A DNA stretch of 64,000 nucleotides from the human T2T-CHM13v2.0 reference genome, Homo sapiens, in assembly GCF_009914755.1 (NCBI RefSeq), contig NC_060936.1. One strand, 5' to 3'. This document shows, one piece after another, positions 12,918 through 28,033 of this stretch. The notes under the pieces were generated by a model. That model searched no databases, was not told where the DNA came from, and saw only the letters and a program-made list of their open reading frames with translations. Both the position numbers and the translations under genes were made by a program. The stretch's first letter is position 1. Each line of letters begins with the position of its first letter.

Positions 12918-14320
12918 CACTGCTGTACAACTTCTGTTTTATTTTTGTGTGCTTTTTTTATAGGATATAAATAATGACAAAAATTACAAAATTTATAACT
13001 GGAAGCCCAAGCTTATTTACACATATGCTTCTGTTTCAGCAAAGCTCCTATTAACTTTGCTCCTATACAATTGCCTCCTGGTACCATATTTTAGTGTTAT
13101 TTAACTCTCATTTTGCTACATACATATCAACAGTGAATAGGCAAAATATATACAAGGAACTGTTCAGTTCAAGTAATTTAATATTGTATTAAAATTCTTC
13201 AACACTGAACTAAAACCGTATACATTTGTTAGTTTGAAATAAAATGTAGTTATTCTTCAAAACTCACCAACTGATGAATGTAACTGATCATCTCAGTTAG
13301 GTTTAAAATAATGTCAGTTAATAAAAAAAACATTAAGACAATTCCACAATTTATCAATATCGCTATAATGAACTTCAAAATGATTCACAATATGATTGTT
13401 AGAACAATATACATTAAAATGTTATTTTTTTCTATAATGATATTGGTACTGTTTATATAATTTGATTCTACATAAATATACATTATGGTATCATACAAAT
13501 ACTCCACAGAGACATTAAAAAATTAAAATACCTTAAAGAAATGTAAGTAAATTTTATTTAATCAAATAGTAAGCAAACTTTTTTTTTGTTTGTCTCAAGA
13601 AAAGTTTTATTACTTTGGAATTTCTTCTTTTTTTTTTTTGTATTTATTTTTTCTAGAAAAAGAAATTTTTGCAATAGAATTTTATTAACACCTTTCTCAA
13701 ACAAGGTTTCCATGACAGAAATCTTGACAGCAGGAGCACTAGATTTTTTTTTTTTTTTAACATGTTCTTTAAAACACTGTGAAGATTAAAAAACAATCTT
13801 GGCAGGCTGATGGCTGCGTCAGCACTTCCGGGCCTCCTGCTCTAGGGAGCATCACCAGTATTTTGCCACCACTGAGCCAGTCCTCTTGGTAGTAGCAGTA
13901 GAAATTTAATTATTTGAAATGAAACCAGAAACATCCCTCGCAACTAACCTAGTTTTCTTATCAATGCATTAATGAAACATTCTTTTAATAAAAATATTTA
14001 ATACAAGACACATTTTGCTGTGCATAATAAATTCCTCTGCTTTGAATCATTCTTTCCTTTTGAACCAATCATTTGGTTGAAAGGTTTTCTTTCTCTGACA
14101 TAGGTGATTACATATAAAATCCACAAATATAGAAATGGGGAAACAGAATCTCCTGGCAATCATATCACGGGAGTTGTTTTTGTCCTTTTGCATTAAACGA
14201 TACTCAATGATAGAATGATTTTACAGATGCTTTGGAGGTGGGAGGGGTAGTGCTGCTCTGATTTCACCTTTAAAACTGCTGACAGTGAAAGCATACTTTT
14301 AGGCAGTATTAGAGATCCCC

Positions 14321-14357
<37 letters not shown>

Positions 14358-14691
14358 AAAGGTATTATTTTCCCCAAATGAAGCAAAGCAAGTACTGGGG
14401 CGGAGTCATCAGAAATACCTTGGGAGGTGGTGGGGAGGGGAGTCGGGAGCATCAGGGAAAACCCATCTCAACTCACGCCTCTCAGGGGTTGCGACTGGAA
14501 AGTCTTGCGTTTTCCATCACTGGTGCAGAAAGAACTTCCCCAGGAATGGCCAGTGGCCTTTCGCCCGTAACAAGGCCGCACGCTCAGAGCAGTCTTCCTC
14601 CTGGGCTGGGTGGACGCGGAGGCGCGAAGGAAAGCCTGCTCCGGGACCGCTTGGCGAGCAAGGCACCGCGAGGACAGGAGGACGGCGAGTA
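12918..14691 (-). other. ANKS1B: ANKS1B 3'UTR of the proximal terminal exon (end approximate)
   Basis: Repeat-free AU-rich sequence with minus-strand AATAAA at 13681-13686, 13643-13648, 13606-13611, 13553-13558 and 12938-12943. Confidence 0.7.
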
Positions 14692-14980
14692 TCAGAAAAT
14701 CGTGGTTTCATACTTGGTATTAATGCCCCTCTTGGCTTCTTGGCCCGGCTCCACAATCCACGGTAGATTGGCCAGAGTCTTTTGCTCAGATGGGTCGATC
14801 TGCTTTAAAACAGAAAGGCTGATGCCTGTTATACGGTCGCCGCGCGGGTGCGCGCATGCACGCGGACGCCGCTGGCGAACCCACGCGAGGCCCCTCGCCC
14901 CAGGCGCGGGGCGGCGATGCTGGTCTAGGCGGCTCGCGGGCTCGCTCTTTGGACACACATTTACCGCATACCGACTCTCT
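14560..14980. promoter_or_regulatory. CpG island over the ANKS1B proximal terminal exon
   Basis: Dense CG dinucleotides (e.g. cgccgcgcgggtgcgcgcatgcacgcggacgccgc) in a CpG-depleted background; not repeat-derived as far as I can tell. Confidence 0.8.
14692..14802 (-). CDS. ANKS1B: ANKS1B proximal alternative terminal exon, coding part: (Q)IDPSEQKTLANLPWIVEPGQEAKRGINTKYETTIF*
   Basis: Acceptor ctttctgttttaaag|cag|atc, phase 0. Ends in class I PDZ-binding motif T-I-F; recognised AIDA-1 C-terminus. Confidence 0.93.
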   Translation of the reverse strand, partial: QIDPSEQKTLANLPWIVEPGQEAKRGINTKYETTIF

Positions 14981-15169
14981 GCAGGGCACCCTGAGGGTGA
15001 CGGTGAATAAGGCACAGCCCTTGCCCTTGTGAGCACACAGACGGGGAGCAGACAGAGGCGGATTTCAGTGCTGAGAGGTGAGATACGAGGGGAAGAGAGG
15101 GCACCATGTGGGCACACACACCTTGGGAGCCAGGGGGGCTTCCTGGAGGAGGTGAATCAGGCATGCCAC

Positions 15170-15695
15170 TCCCCGGCTCTCACTCTCCAGTGGTTTCCAT
15201 CACAGTCAGTCAGAACAAAACCCGAACTCCTCACCGTGACCTCCAGTACCCCTGCCCACCTGATTTTTCTGCTGCAGCCACACAGCTTCCTTGCTCTTCC
15301 TGCCCGCCAAGCCCACGCCCAGGGCCTCTGCGCTCATCATCTGCTCTGCCCGAGTTCCCTTCTCCAGACACCTGCATGCCTCATGCTCTAATGCCATTCA
15401 GGTCTCTGCTCAAATGCCACTTCCACTGGCACCTGTATTCCTAGAAGCCTTTCCTGTTTACTCCTACAAAAAGCACCCCAACTTTTCTGCTCTCCTCTTC
15501 TGCCTTATTCCTGACAATACTTATTGCCGCTATGCGTCATCACATATTTATTTGTTCATCCTCCACTGCCACGTATGCTCATGGAGGCAGGATTTTGTCT
15601 GTTTTCATCACTGCCATTTTCTCCAAAACGCAGAAAAGCTCCTGGCAACCCCGTAAATAATAGGCACACAATAAATACTTGTTGAATAAATGGTA
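15170..15695 (+). mobile_element. L2 LINE 3' fragment
   Basis: Ends taggcacacaataaatacttgttgaataaat. Confidence 0.7.
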
Positions 15696-15824
15696 TCAAA
15701 AGAATGAGGTAATATTTAAATGGACAGCCGAAGGACCAGCAAGTATTTGCCTGAAGACAGGAGGAGGGGGCATTTGAAGTAGATGAAACAGCACATGCAG
15801 CAGTCCCAGAATAATCTATACAAC

Positions 15825-17161
15825 AGAATGAAACACAGCCTCATCTTCCACTATATACAGAAATCAACTCAAAATGGATTAAAGACTTAGAGGGAAGACC
15901 TGAGATGATGAAAGAACTGGAAGAAAACATTGGGGAAACACTACAGGACATTGGTCTGGATAAAGATTTTTTGGGTAAAATCTCAAAAGCACAGGCAACG
16001 AAAGCAGAAAGAGACAAATGGAATTACATCAAGTGAAAAAGCTTCTGCACAGCGAAGGAAACAATCAACAAAGCGAAAAGACAACCTACAGAATGGGAGA
16101 AAATATTTGCAAAGTATCCATCTGACAAGGGATTAACAACCAGAATAAATAAGGGACTCAAATAACTCAATAGCAAAAAACAAAAATAAAAAACAAAAAC
16201 AAAAACAAAACCAACTCAATCTGATTAAGTAACAGGCAATAGAACTGAACAGGCATTTCTAAAAAGACGACATACAAACGGCCAACAGGTATAGGTAAAA
16301 ATGCTCAACATCACTAATCATCAGGGACATGCAAATGACAATCACAATGTGATACGATCTCACCCCCGCTACTATTGAATGGCTAGTATCAAAAAGACAA
16401 AAACTAATGGATGCTGATGAGGCTACAGAGAAAGGGAAACACTTCTACACTGTTGGTAGGAATCTAAATTAGGAAAGGCACTATGGAGAATAGCATGGAG
16501 GGTCCTCAAAAAACTAAAAATTGAGCTACCATATGTTCCAGCAACCCCACTACTGCGTATATATACAAAAGAAAAGAAATCAGTATATCAAAGAGATATC
16601 TGCACTCCCATGTTTATTGCAGAATTATTCACAGCAGCCAAGACATGGAATCAAACTAAGTGTCCATCAATGGACGAATGGGTAAAGAAAATGTGGTATA
16701 TATACACAACGGAATACTATTCAGCCATAAAAAGAATGAGATCCTGTCATTTGCAGCAACATGAATGAACTGAAGGTCATTATGTTGAGTGAAATAAGCC
16801 AGACACAGAAAGACAAATATTGTATGTTCTCATATGTGGAGGCTATAAAAAGTGGATCTCATGGAGATTGAGTAGAATGGTGGTTACCAGAGGCTGGAAA
16901 GTGAAGAAGGGAGAGTAGGGATGAAGAGAGATTGGTTAATAGGTACAAAAATATGGTTAAATAGAAGGAGTAAGTTCTAGTATTTGATAGCACAGTAGGG
17001 TGACTGTAGTTAACAACAATTTATTGTATATTTCAAAATAACTAGAAGAATTGTAATTTCTCAATACAAAAGAAAAATATTTGAGGAGATGGATATCTCA
17101 ATTACTGATATGATCATTACATATTGTATACATGTGTCAAAATATCACATAGCAATAAAAA
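15825..17161 (+). mobile_element. L1 3' fragment (L1MA-like): end of ORF2 plus 3'UTR
   Basis: aatcaactcaaaatggattaaagactt...aagaaaatgtggtatatatacac...; many disabling changes. Confidence 0.9.
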
Positions 17162-17944
17162 ACAGTCCCAGAGGTAAGGGAAAATGGTCGTTGAGGGGTT
17201 GGGGTCAGTTTGCAGGGTGGGGAGCGGGAAGGCAGACAGCTAAGGGTGAGGAGGTGAGCAGGGACCCAGTCAGGCTAAGCCTTGAGACAAATCCTAAAAT
17301 GGTTTCGTCCCTGTGCGTACAAATACAACGGGACACTCCTGGGGCGGGGCCGGGCTGTCCGCTCTCAGGAACGGCCCTCAGGTGGATCTACACCATGGCT
17401 GCCTCTTCCTTTGGTGTTTCCAGGTCTGCCTGCCCTGTCCTAGCTGCCTGCTCTTCTCAGAGCCTGAGGTTGTGGGAAGGCCTCTCCCATTTCTCTGGCA
17501 CCATGAGCTTTGCAGCTGCCTTCTACCGTGCCTTGACTGTATCTCCATAAAGCTGTGGGGAGGACCTCACGTGTTCTTAGGGATCACTGAATATTTCTTA
17601 CCAAGAAATGCCTGGGGCTGAAGGAACTAGAATACTAATGCCTGTCGAGGGGGACTGATCTTGAAGCACATAAATAACATCAGTATTATTCACTGTATAT
17701 TTTCCTATTTCCCTTGAAGGCATCTGGATGAATATTCTATGAGCTCTTATGCCACCCAACCCTTTGTGCTCTTCTGGAAGAAGCCTGTGGGGACCAGGGT
17801 AAGGTCAGATAGAGGCACCTGCTGTGAACAGATTTATTCAGCCCACATGAGAATGAATACAATAGTCTAAGAGATAATCTCTAAAACATTCTGCAAATTC
17901 CTGGACACTTAGCAGCCTAATCAATCTCAAAGATATGCTTGTGA

Positions 17945-18358
<414 letters not shown>

Positions 18359-20307
18359 CCAAAACTTAGATTTTTGTGGAGGAAGATAGACAATAAGCCA
18401 TCAGTAAAAAACCCTCAATTAATAAATGCTACACAGAATTAAAAGCAGATGACATGCTTGAAGGTGACTGGGTATCTATGTCAGATTGGGTGGTTAGGAC
18501 ATCCGCCTCTTCAAGTAGCCGAGACCTGAATGACAAGATGAAGTCAGCCATGCAGAAACCGGGGGAGGATATTCCAGGTGTGGGGAGCAGGTGGCATAAA
18601 GGCCTCAGGTAGGAGTGAGCATTACATAGTCAAGGAATGGGAAGAGCTGAGCATCACAGAGGACTGTGGTGGGAAACTGCATTCTGGGTACTTGGGGCAG
18701 AGGGTGCCATGACTGATCTCTGCTGTGTGGGGAGGGGAGTCTCAAGGAGCTATACTGCATAGGCCTGGGGCGAGGTGGCAGTGGCCCCGACTGGAAGAGA
18801 GATGGAGGAAGTGGGGAAGAGTGGACAGGATTGAGATATATTTTAGGGGTAGGGTGGATGGGATTTGCTCATGGGCTGGATACAGAGGTAAGGGGAAGAC
18901 AGGGATCCAGGCTGACTTGTAGACTTTGGGCTTGAGTTGCATGGTGAGTGGCTGTGGGGTGGGGAAGTTGGTGAGAGAAGAGCTTTGAGGGGAAAATCAG
19001 GAATTGTGTCCTGGACATGCTAAGTTTCAGATGTCTGTGAAGCATCAAGGTGGAAATGTGAAAGAAGCTGGCCACGTGAGTCTGGAATTGGGGGGTGCCC
19101 AGGGCTGGAGATACAGAACTGGGAGCCAGTGTGTTGGGTTGGGTCAGTGCTGAATGGGAGGACCAGGGGCTCAGAGCGTGGCATCGGAAGAAAGACTTCA
19201 GAGGAGATACAGCTCCTGGGGATGGCTGGTAATGAGTGATGGACACAGGAGCGAATGGCCGGGGCTGGAGGGAAAGATCCCGAAAGTAAACTGTCAGGGA
19301 ACTGTGAGACCAGATGCTGGAGGGGTCAATCCTGTGGATGTTGATGGTGCCAAGAAGGGTGACAGGGGTAGGCCCCCAAAAGAAGACTGAAAACAAGAAC
19401 TGCATGTTCACAAAGGGAGGTGCCTCCCTGCAAATGTTAAAAATGCCTGCTGCTGTTCCCCATGACAGTGGAGGTGGGGGCTGGTGAGAAGGAGGAGAGA
19501 CAGTTCCAGATGGAAGGATTCGGGGGCGTGAGAGCAATGCATTCTGGGGGAGTCCCAGGGTTTCTAGGATGCAATACGGCAGCCGGGGCAGAAACCAGAT
19601 GGGAGGCTGGTTGGGAATCTTCCAGCTTTTGAATATTGCTACTACCAGAGGAGGCCGCTTTGAAGTCATGCAAGCCTGTTGGGACAGGATGTCTGCAGAG
19701 CCTGTGGGAGGGAAGGGGAAGAAATTCCTGGAGGAAGGCAGATGCTGAGAAGGAGGGGCTGCACCTTCTGAACAGGCACCATGCCGCAGGAAGCCTCAGC
19801 TGCGGGAGACAAAGCACGCAGGCCATGGCGCAGGCCTTGCATATAGCAGGGCAGCCTGTGCATCCAGCTTCCTCTAGCTGGGGACCGAGGACATCATCAC
19901 TGTGTACCTCTGCAAACCTCTCTGGAGGCCAGGGGCTTGTAGGAGGCTTTGCCCTCTGATGGGATGGCAGCTGAAGCCCCAGGGAACACTGCTCCCAAGC
20001 TTTCCTGAATCTTTAGGTAAGATTCACCAAGAACAGCAGTACCTGCTGCTGAGACCCTTCATAGGGTTGCTGCAGGTGACTGAGAAAGTGGATTTCTCTG
20101 GAGGCTCCAGGTTGAGGGAGATGGTGCCCAAGACTTGGTGGGAACCAGGCAGAGGTGATGATGGACACATGCCAGGAGGAGGCCAAGGGAAAGGATGAAG
20201 AAGAGGCCCTGGGTTCTAATGGCACCCACACCACACAAGGGCCTGGTTAGCAGCCCCTTTTCCTCCTGTTCAAGGTTTTTTAGAACATCTGTATCGTTTC
20301 TACTTAC

Positions 20308-20475
20308 CACGGACTTGCGAATGCTAACGCGGGGCTTGGGGATGGGTTTGGAGGGTTTGTTTTCAAAGCTTTCTGGAAGTGTGGAGGAGTGTCCCCCTTT
20401 TCTTGCTTGTAGTGCTAGCTGGTAAGCGACTTCGAATGCCTGTCCCAGGGTTAGGATGATTTCATAGGCTAAATT
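20308..20475 (-). CDS. ANKS1B: ANKS1B penultimate exon, end of PTB domain: NLAYEIILTLGQAFEVAYQLALQARKGGHSSTLPESFENKPSKPIPKPRVSIRKSV
   Basis: ttttcttgcag|AAT ... GTG|gtaagt; 168 nt; contains the PTB C-terminal helix IILTLGQAFEVAYQ. Confidence 0.97.
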
Positions 20476-20672
20476 CTGCAAGAAAAATGAGAAAGCATTT
20501 GCTACTGGCACACTGCAAATTAGAATGGGTCGAATGGCTGAGGAACACTGAGGGAGGTGAACTAGGGAGGAACTTGAACTACTTCACCAGAGGCAGCAGC
20601 GATTCGGTGGAAATCTACAAAGAACAGGACACTCCGGGTCCAACTTAGGGTTTACACCAGGCTTTAGTCATT

Positions 20673-21577
<905 letters not shown>

Positions 21578-22375
21578 CACTGATAGGGCACTCTTGCTTA
21601 CAGATCCCCAGTTAGCCCCAGGAGGAGCAGGCCCCACAGCCCAGTGGCCCCAGGAGCCCACACCATTCAAAGCTCTCCCTGTGGGCAGTTGGTTTGTCCC
21701 CAAGGCCTTGGAAGGTAAGGGGTTACTACTGGTATTTCTGCTGAGTCCTGGGAGCACTTCAACCTTGCCTGTGAGGATGATCCCACACACTCCACAGGAG
21801 GTGTTCCTGAGAAGTTTGGGTCTTTTTACCTCAAACATCTGTGATTCAGTGAACATCTACGAAACACAATCAAAATCTAATTTAGGCCTAGAGGAGAGGC
21901 ATTAGTCATGCTGGTGTGGCGGCTCACAGTCGCAGCAGTGAGCACGCAAACAGTGCTCCAACAGAGCCAATTCCCCAGCTATTTCTTGAGGCTTTTGCTC
22001 TCCCTGTGGGTCCACTCTATATTTTATCATGAAATCAGCAAGAGACAGGTGATTCTGTCAGGCTAGATGCCACGCCAAGCAGCGCCTGGGAGAAAAGTTC
22101 TTTTCTTCCGACCTTCAATCAGTCCTTTTCTCAAGATGATTTCTAGCTTTCTTCTCTTCTCCAAATGTGTATCTTTGATTTCTGCCTTTTCTTCCAAGCA
22201 CAGCTTCCCCTTGTCTTCTCTCACTGAGAAACCATCACATTGTCTGACCCAAAAGAGGCAGGGTGGCCACCACACCCTGAGGTCACAGAGCATCAGAGAA
22301 GCAGATGCATACTGGTCACAGAGAGTGTTCTGAAGGTCACTGTAGCAGCTGAGAGCAGGCATGGTCTGCCCCAAG

Positions 22376-22678
<303 letters not shown>

Positions 22679-25068
22679 ATCCAAGTTTTCATTCTGATGA
22701 ATGTCCCTAGAATGTCCACTCACGGTTTCTCAAAAATCACAGAAATGTCATTCTGCTGATGCTGATATTGCAACTAAGCTGGCCCTCTCTGTTCCTGCCC
22801 ATCTCCACCCTCATCAAGCGCTCTGGGAGCCCGATTCCCACACTGCTGCTGGGGAGATGTGTTTGCGATTGTTCGCATTTGAAGATGATGGAGAGGAAGA
22901 TGCAGGATGGTGCCTTCTGAGGCCATGGGAAAGAGGCCCAAGGGTTCTAGACCAACCAGATTCCAGATCCATGCCAGATCAATTGTGATGGTCTCAGAAC
23001 CAAGTGGGGAAAATGCCTCTGAGCTTGAGAGTCGGTTTGAGAGAGGATGTGTCTGTCTCCTTTAAGTGAGTTGCTAGGAAATACTGACCCTACAAGACAG
23101 ACATCTGCCTGCTGGAGATACTGCACCTTGCACAGCAAGCTGAGCACTTCCTTGCAACGAACACTGAGCCCATGTTTGCCTCCAGAGATGAGTCAGCCTA
23201 GTAAATTAGTAACGCACCAGCAAATGATAGTGGAGGAGGTCTGGGAGACAGCTCTGACCATCACTGCACAAAGAGGGCTGAGCTCTTTCCACTGCCTACA
23301 CTTGGCACTCACGTCACTGTCAGCTTTGCCTCTTAGTGTTTGCGTGGGTCCCCTCTGAAAGGCAGGCAGGGCTTCCGACTTCTGTAGTCTCACAATGAAG
23401 ACACAGGCTCTTGGTCTTGTTCATGCTACTGTGGAAGATGGCTGATTCCCATCTGTTGGGGACATGTACCAGATATTCCTGTTCTGGGTGGGAAACTAGA
23501 CTAAGATGAAGGTGTGAGATTCAGTGATTCTGTAACATGTGGTCTTTATCTGCTGTAACAGTGGAACTTAATGAGTGTGAATTCCTTTACCATTAACCTA
23601 AAAACAAGTTACTGAAAGCGAGATCTACTTAAAGCTCCAGGATCTTCAAAGGAAAGTAAAAAGACCTTCATTTGAGCAAGTGAGGTTTTTCACATGATTA
23701 TGGGAAGCCTAAAGGTTTTGGGAGAGAATGTGTTAGAAGTCCTGCCCTTTCATTTTTAATTAGTTCCTGGTATTAGGAAACTGCTCAAATAAGACACACA
23801 GACCAGACTGTTGGATTAAGTTTTCCTGCCTAATGGCTTCTTCTGGTTCCGCTTACATTTTCCTTGACTTCTTGCTTTGGTTTTATTTTAGAATGCTTTG
23901 TCAAGTTTCTTTTGTGATTATGTATAGTACAGGATTGGACACTGTTACCTTTCCTCTCTTGTCTGCAGCCCTCCTGTTTGTGGTACTGATGCTGGATGCC
24001 AGGAGGGCCCATGGGCACCGAGACACACCTTCCAAGTGCTGTGTTGCCCATCCCGACACACCAGGGCCCTTTCGGGGAAACAGATGCTCATCCCATGGGA
24101 CCTCAGGACACATGTGTGAATGGGGAAAGAACCCCCATTTTTTTGTAGGTTCAATTCTCCTGCCTCTCCTATTAACATCCCTACCATCTGAAACGGGAGG
24201 AGAGTTGCTATCATGTACGAGGAGACTCTACCGGGATGAGGTTGAAAATTATATTGTAACATCAGAAGGCTTAGGTGAGAAGCCCATCTTGCAAACCTCA
24301 ATGATGCTGGCTGGCTCTGAAGAGCCCATGGTGACACCCAGAAAATCTGAAAGCCCAACTGTCTCTGCCTTCAACATATTATCCCTGCAACTGTGGGGAG
24401 GCCAACGCCTGGTACTGGGTCTGGCACATTCCAGGTGCAGAAGAAATGCTTGCTTGCTTGCTGAATGAATGAATGAATATCCACAGGACTAACTGGAGTA
24501 ATCGTAACATTTCTAGTTAATACTCAGTCTAGCTACCATTAAGGGAGAACTTAATAGGTGTGAGAGATGTGCCAAGCATTATCTTTGTTTCATTTAAGTC
24601 TTACCAAATCACATGCAGTAGCATATTATCCTCATTTTATAGATGAGGCAGTGGAGGCTCAGAGGGGTGAAATAACTTTCCAGACATCACAGAGACAGAA
24701 AGTTACAGAACTTGACATGACCCAATATCTGTGCTCAAAATCCCCCACTCTTGGCCCAACCCATGTGTCTACCCAGCTTGTCTCTAAGATGACTGCCATC
24801 AACTCTCCCCTCCCGTGCACACCATGGTGTTCCCCTGTTGAGAAGTCGAATCTGCTCTTTGAATCTGGACTGGTTTTACTGACTTGCTTGACCCATAGGA
24901 TATAGCAGAAGCAACATGCTGAATTTGTGAGGTTGAATCATGAGGAGTCTTGCAGTTTCCTCCTGGGCCTCTAGGAACATTACTCTGGGGGAATTAGTCA
25001 TGTAAAAAGTCTCACCATCCTGGCTGGATGCGGTGACTCACGCCTGTAATTCCAGCACTTTGGGAGGC

Positions 25069-25425
25069 TGATATTGTTTAGCTGTGTCCCCACCCAAATC
25101 TCATCTTGAATTCTAGCTCCCATAATTCCCACGTGTTGTGAGAGGGACCTGGTGGGAGGTAATTGAATCATGGGGGTGGGTCTTTCCCATGCTGTTCTTG
25201 TGATAGTGAATAAGTCTCACAAGATCTGATAGTTTTATAAATGGGAGTTCCCCTGTACATGCTCTCTTGCCTACTGCCACATAAGATGTGCCTTTGCTTC
25301 TTCTTTGTCTTCTGCCATAGGCCTCCCCAGCCATGTGGAACTGTGAGTCCATTAAACCTCTTTCCTTTATAAATTACCCAGTCTCGGGTATGTCTTTATT
25401 AGCAGTATTAGAACAGACTAATATA
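25069..25425 (+). mobile_element. THE1 (THE1B-like) solo LTR inserted in an Alu
   Basis: tgatattgtttagctgtgtccccacccaaatctc...cagactaatata; 5-bp TSD gaggc at 25064-25068 and 25426-25430. Confidence 0.9.
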
Positions 25426-25456
25426 GAGGCTGAGGTGGGTGGATCACTTGAGGTCA

Positions 25457-25980
<524 letters not shown>

Positions 25981-26870
25981 TGAGACTCAATCTTAAAAAA
26001 AAAAGGAAAAAAAAAAAAGTTCTTGCTATCCTGAGATCATCATGCTATGAGAATGCCTGAGCTAGCCACAAGGAGAGGCTGCCTGGACAGGAACAACGGT
26101 TTCAGCCAGGCCAGCCCAGGCTCAAGATTTGGGAGTGAAGGGGTCTCAAAGACATTGGAGCTCCAGCAGACATCGCTTGGAGAAGACTCAAGACCCAGAC
26201 AGATGGCTCCAGTCGGGCTGCCCCAGCATCTCCAGCCATTGCAGGCACTCTGGCTGAGGCCCCAGATGTTGTTGAGCAGGACTGCCACGCCCAGCCCAGA
26301 TCCCTGACTTACAGAATTGTGAACATAATAAATGGATGTTGTTTTATATTTTGGGGTGGTTTATTACGCAGCAAGAGATAACTGGAACACCATGCGATGC
26401 TGCAGAAGGCTGGTTGGACCCTCATTCAGACAACAGGAAGATGACCCATGAGCCCAGGAGCTGTGATGAATGCTGCTTAGCCAGGAGGCCAATCCTGGAG
26501 CCACCCCGTCCCCTGGCTGCCCTGGCTGTGGGGAAGCTCACTGATCACAGTGAGCACTAAGGTGTCCCATCCCATCTGCTGGCTCAAACCACTGTGCTGC
26601 AGTGAAGTCAGCAAAATCATGCTCTCATCTCCAGTTACTACCTCCCTTGGGCATAAATTCAAACTCATTTAGTTTTACTTTTATTACCTCACGTCTCTCG
26701 AATGCTGTAACCTGGCCTGTCTCCGACCTTGGCTCTTCCTGTCTCATATAAGCTCATTGGAAGATACTTGCTTTGGTCTTTCTAGCATAAGTCTTTTGAG
26801 ACACATTTATTACGGCGATTGGTCTGGAGTATTGTCTACCTTACAGAGACCACCAGTGAAAGAGAGCTGC

Positions 26871-26912
26871 ATGTGTGTGCATGTGTGCACGTGTGTGTGT
26901 GTGTGTGTGTGC
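26871..26912. repeat. (TG)n microsatellite, imperfect
   Basis: atgtgtgtgcatgtgtgcacgtgtgtgtgtgtgtgtgtgtgc. Confidence 0.9.
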
Positions 26913-27660
26913 ACACGGGGTGCAGGTGTGAGGGTTGATTACTGAAAACAGCATACTCTGAGCCTTGGTTTTCTCATCTTAAAATGGGGATAATACCATA
27001 CGCAGTACCCCCTAACTGGATTGTTCTGATAATGGCTAATAATATTATTTAACCAAATGGCAATACCGGCTAGCATTTATTATTTACTATGTGGCCATGC
27101 ACCATGCTAAGTGCTTCAACATGGGCTCTTTAATTCAATCCTAACCGTATCTGTATGCCGTAGGTCTATTACTTCCATTTTGCACATGAGATAATTACGC
27201 TCAGAAAGGTTAAATAACTTGCTCATGAAGTCAGCACCCAGACAAACTGGGATTTGAATCCAGTTGTTCTTTCTGAGAGGCTATACTCTTCTTGACCATT
27301 ACACCTTAAAACTATACATAAGATAAAATAAAAAAAATTCTGTAATCTGTTTTAAAAAGTTTAAAAAACATGTGAGCCAATTGAGCTTCCAAGTGACTGA
27401 CCCATCTTGGCTGTGGTGAGGTCACCTACTGGCCCATTGCCTGGGTCTCATGCCCAGTCTGGCTGAGAGGCAGCCTCCAGGCCGGGGGTGTACTTCGTGA
27501 CTCCACAGAGACCATCAACACAGGAATTCTTCATCTTTGGCTTCCCCAAGGGTGAGGTAAAAGATACGAGGCAACTCCCATCCTCAGTAGTGGCTATTTA
27601 GGAAGAAGGGTAGGGAGTCCCAGTCCAATGGGGAAAAACCTCCTGGAAAGCACAGGAATT

Positions 27661-28033
<373 letters not shown>

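Noticed and set aside
14378-15010. 210-aa + strand ORF across the CpG island
   Set aside because: Shadow ORF of GC-rich sequence; weak Kozak context; antisense to a real exon.
14803-15117. In-frame upstream extension of the ETTIF exon as an independent micro-protein
   Set aside because: Starts at GTG with no in-frame ATG; the open frame is explained by GC content, and a good acceptor exists.
18869-19669. Longest ORF (266 aa, - strand)
   Set aside because: S/P/L-rich, no domain, partly L2-derived, no exon-like boundaries.
23833-24468. 211-aa + strand ORF
   Set aside because: No recognisable homology; ends in an L2 tail.
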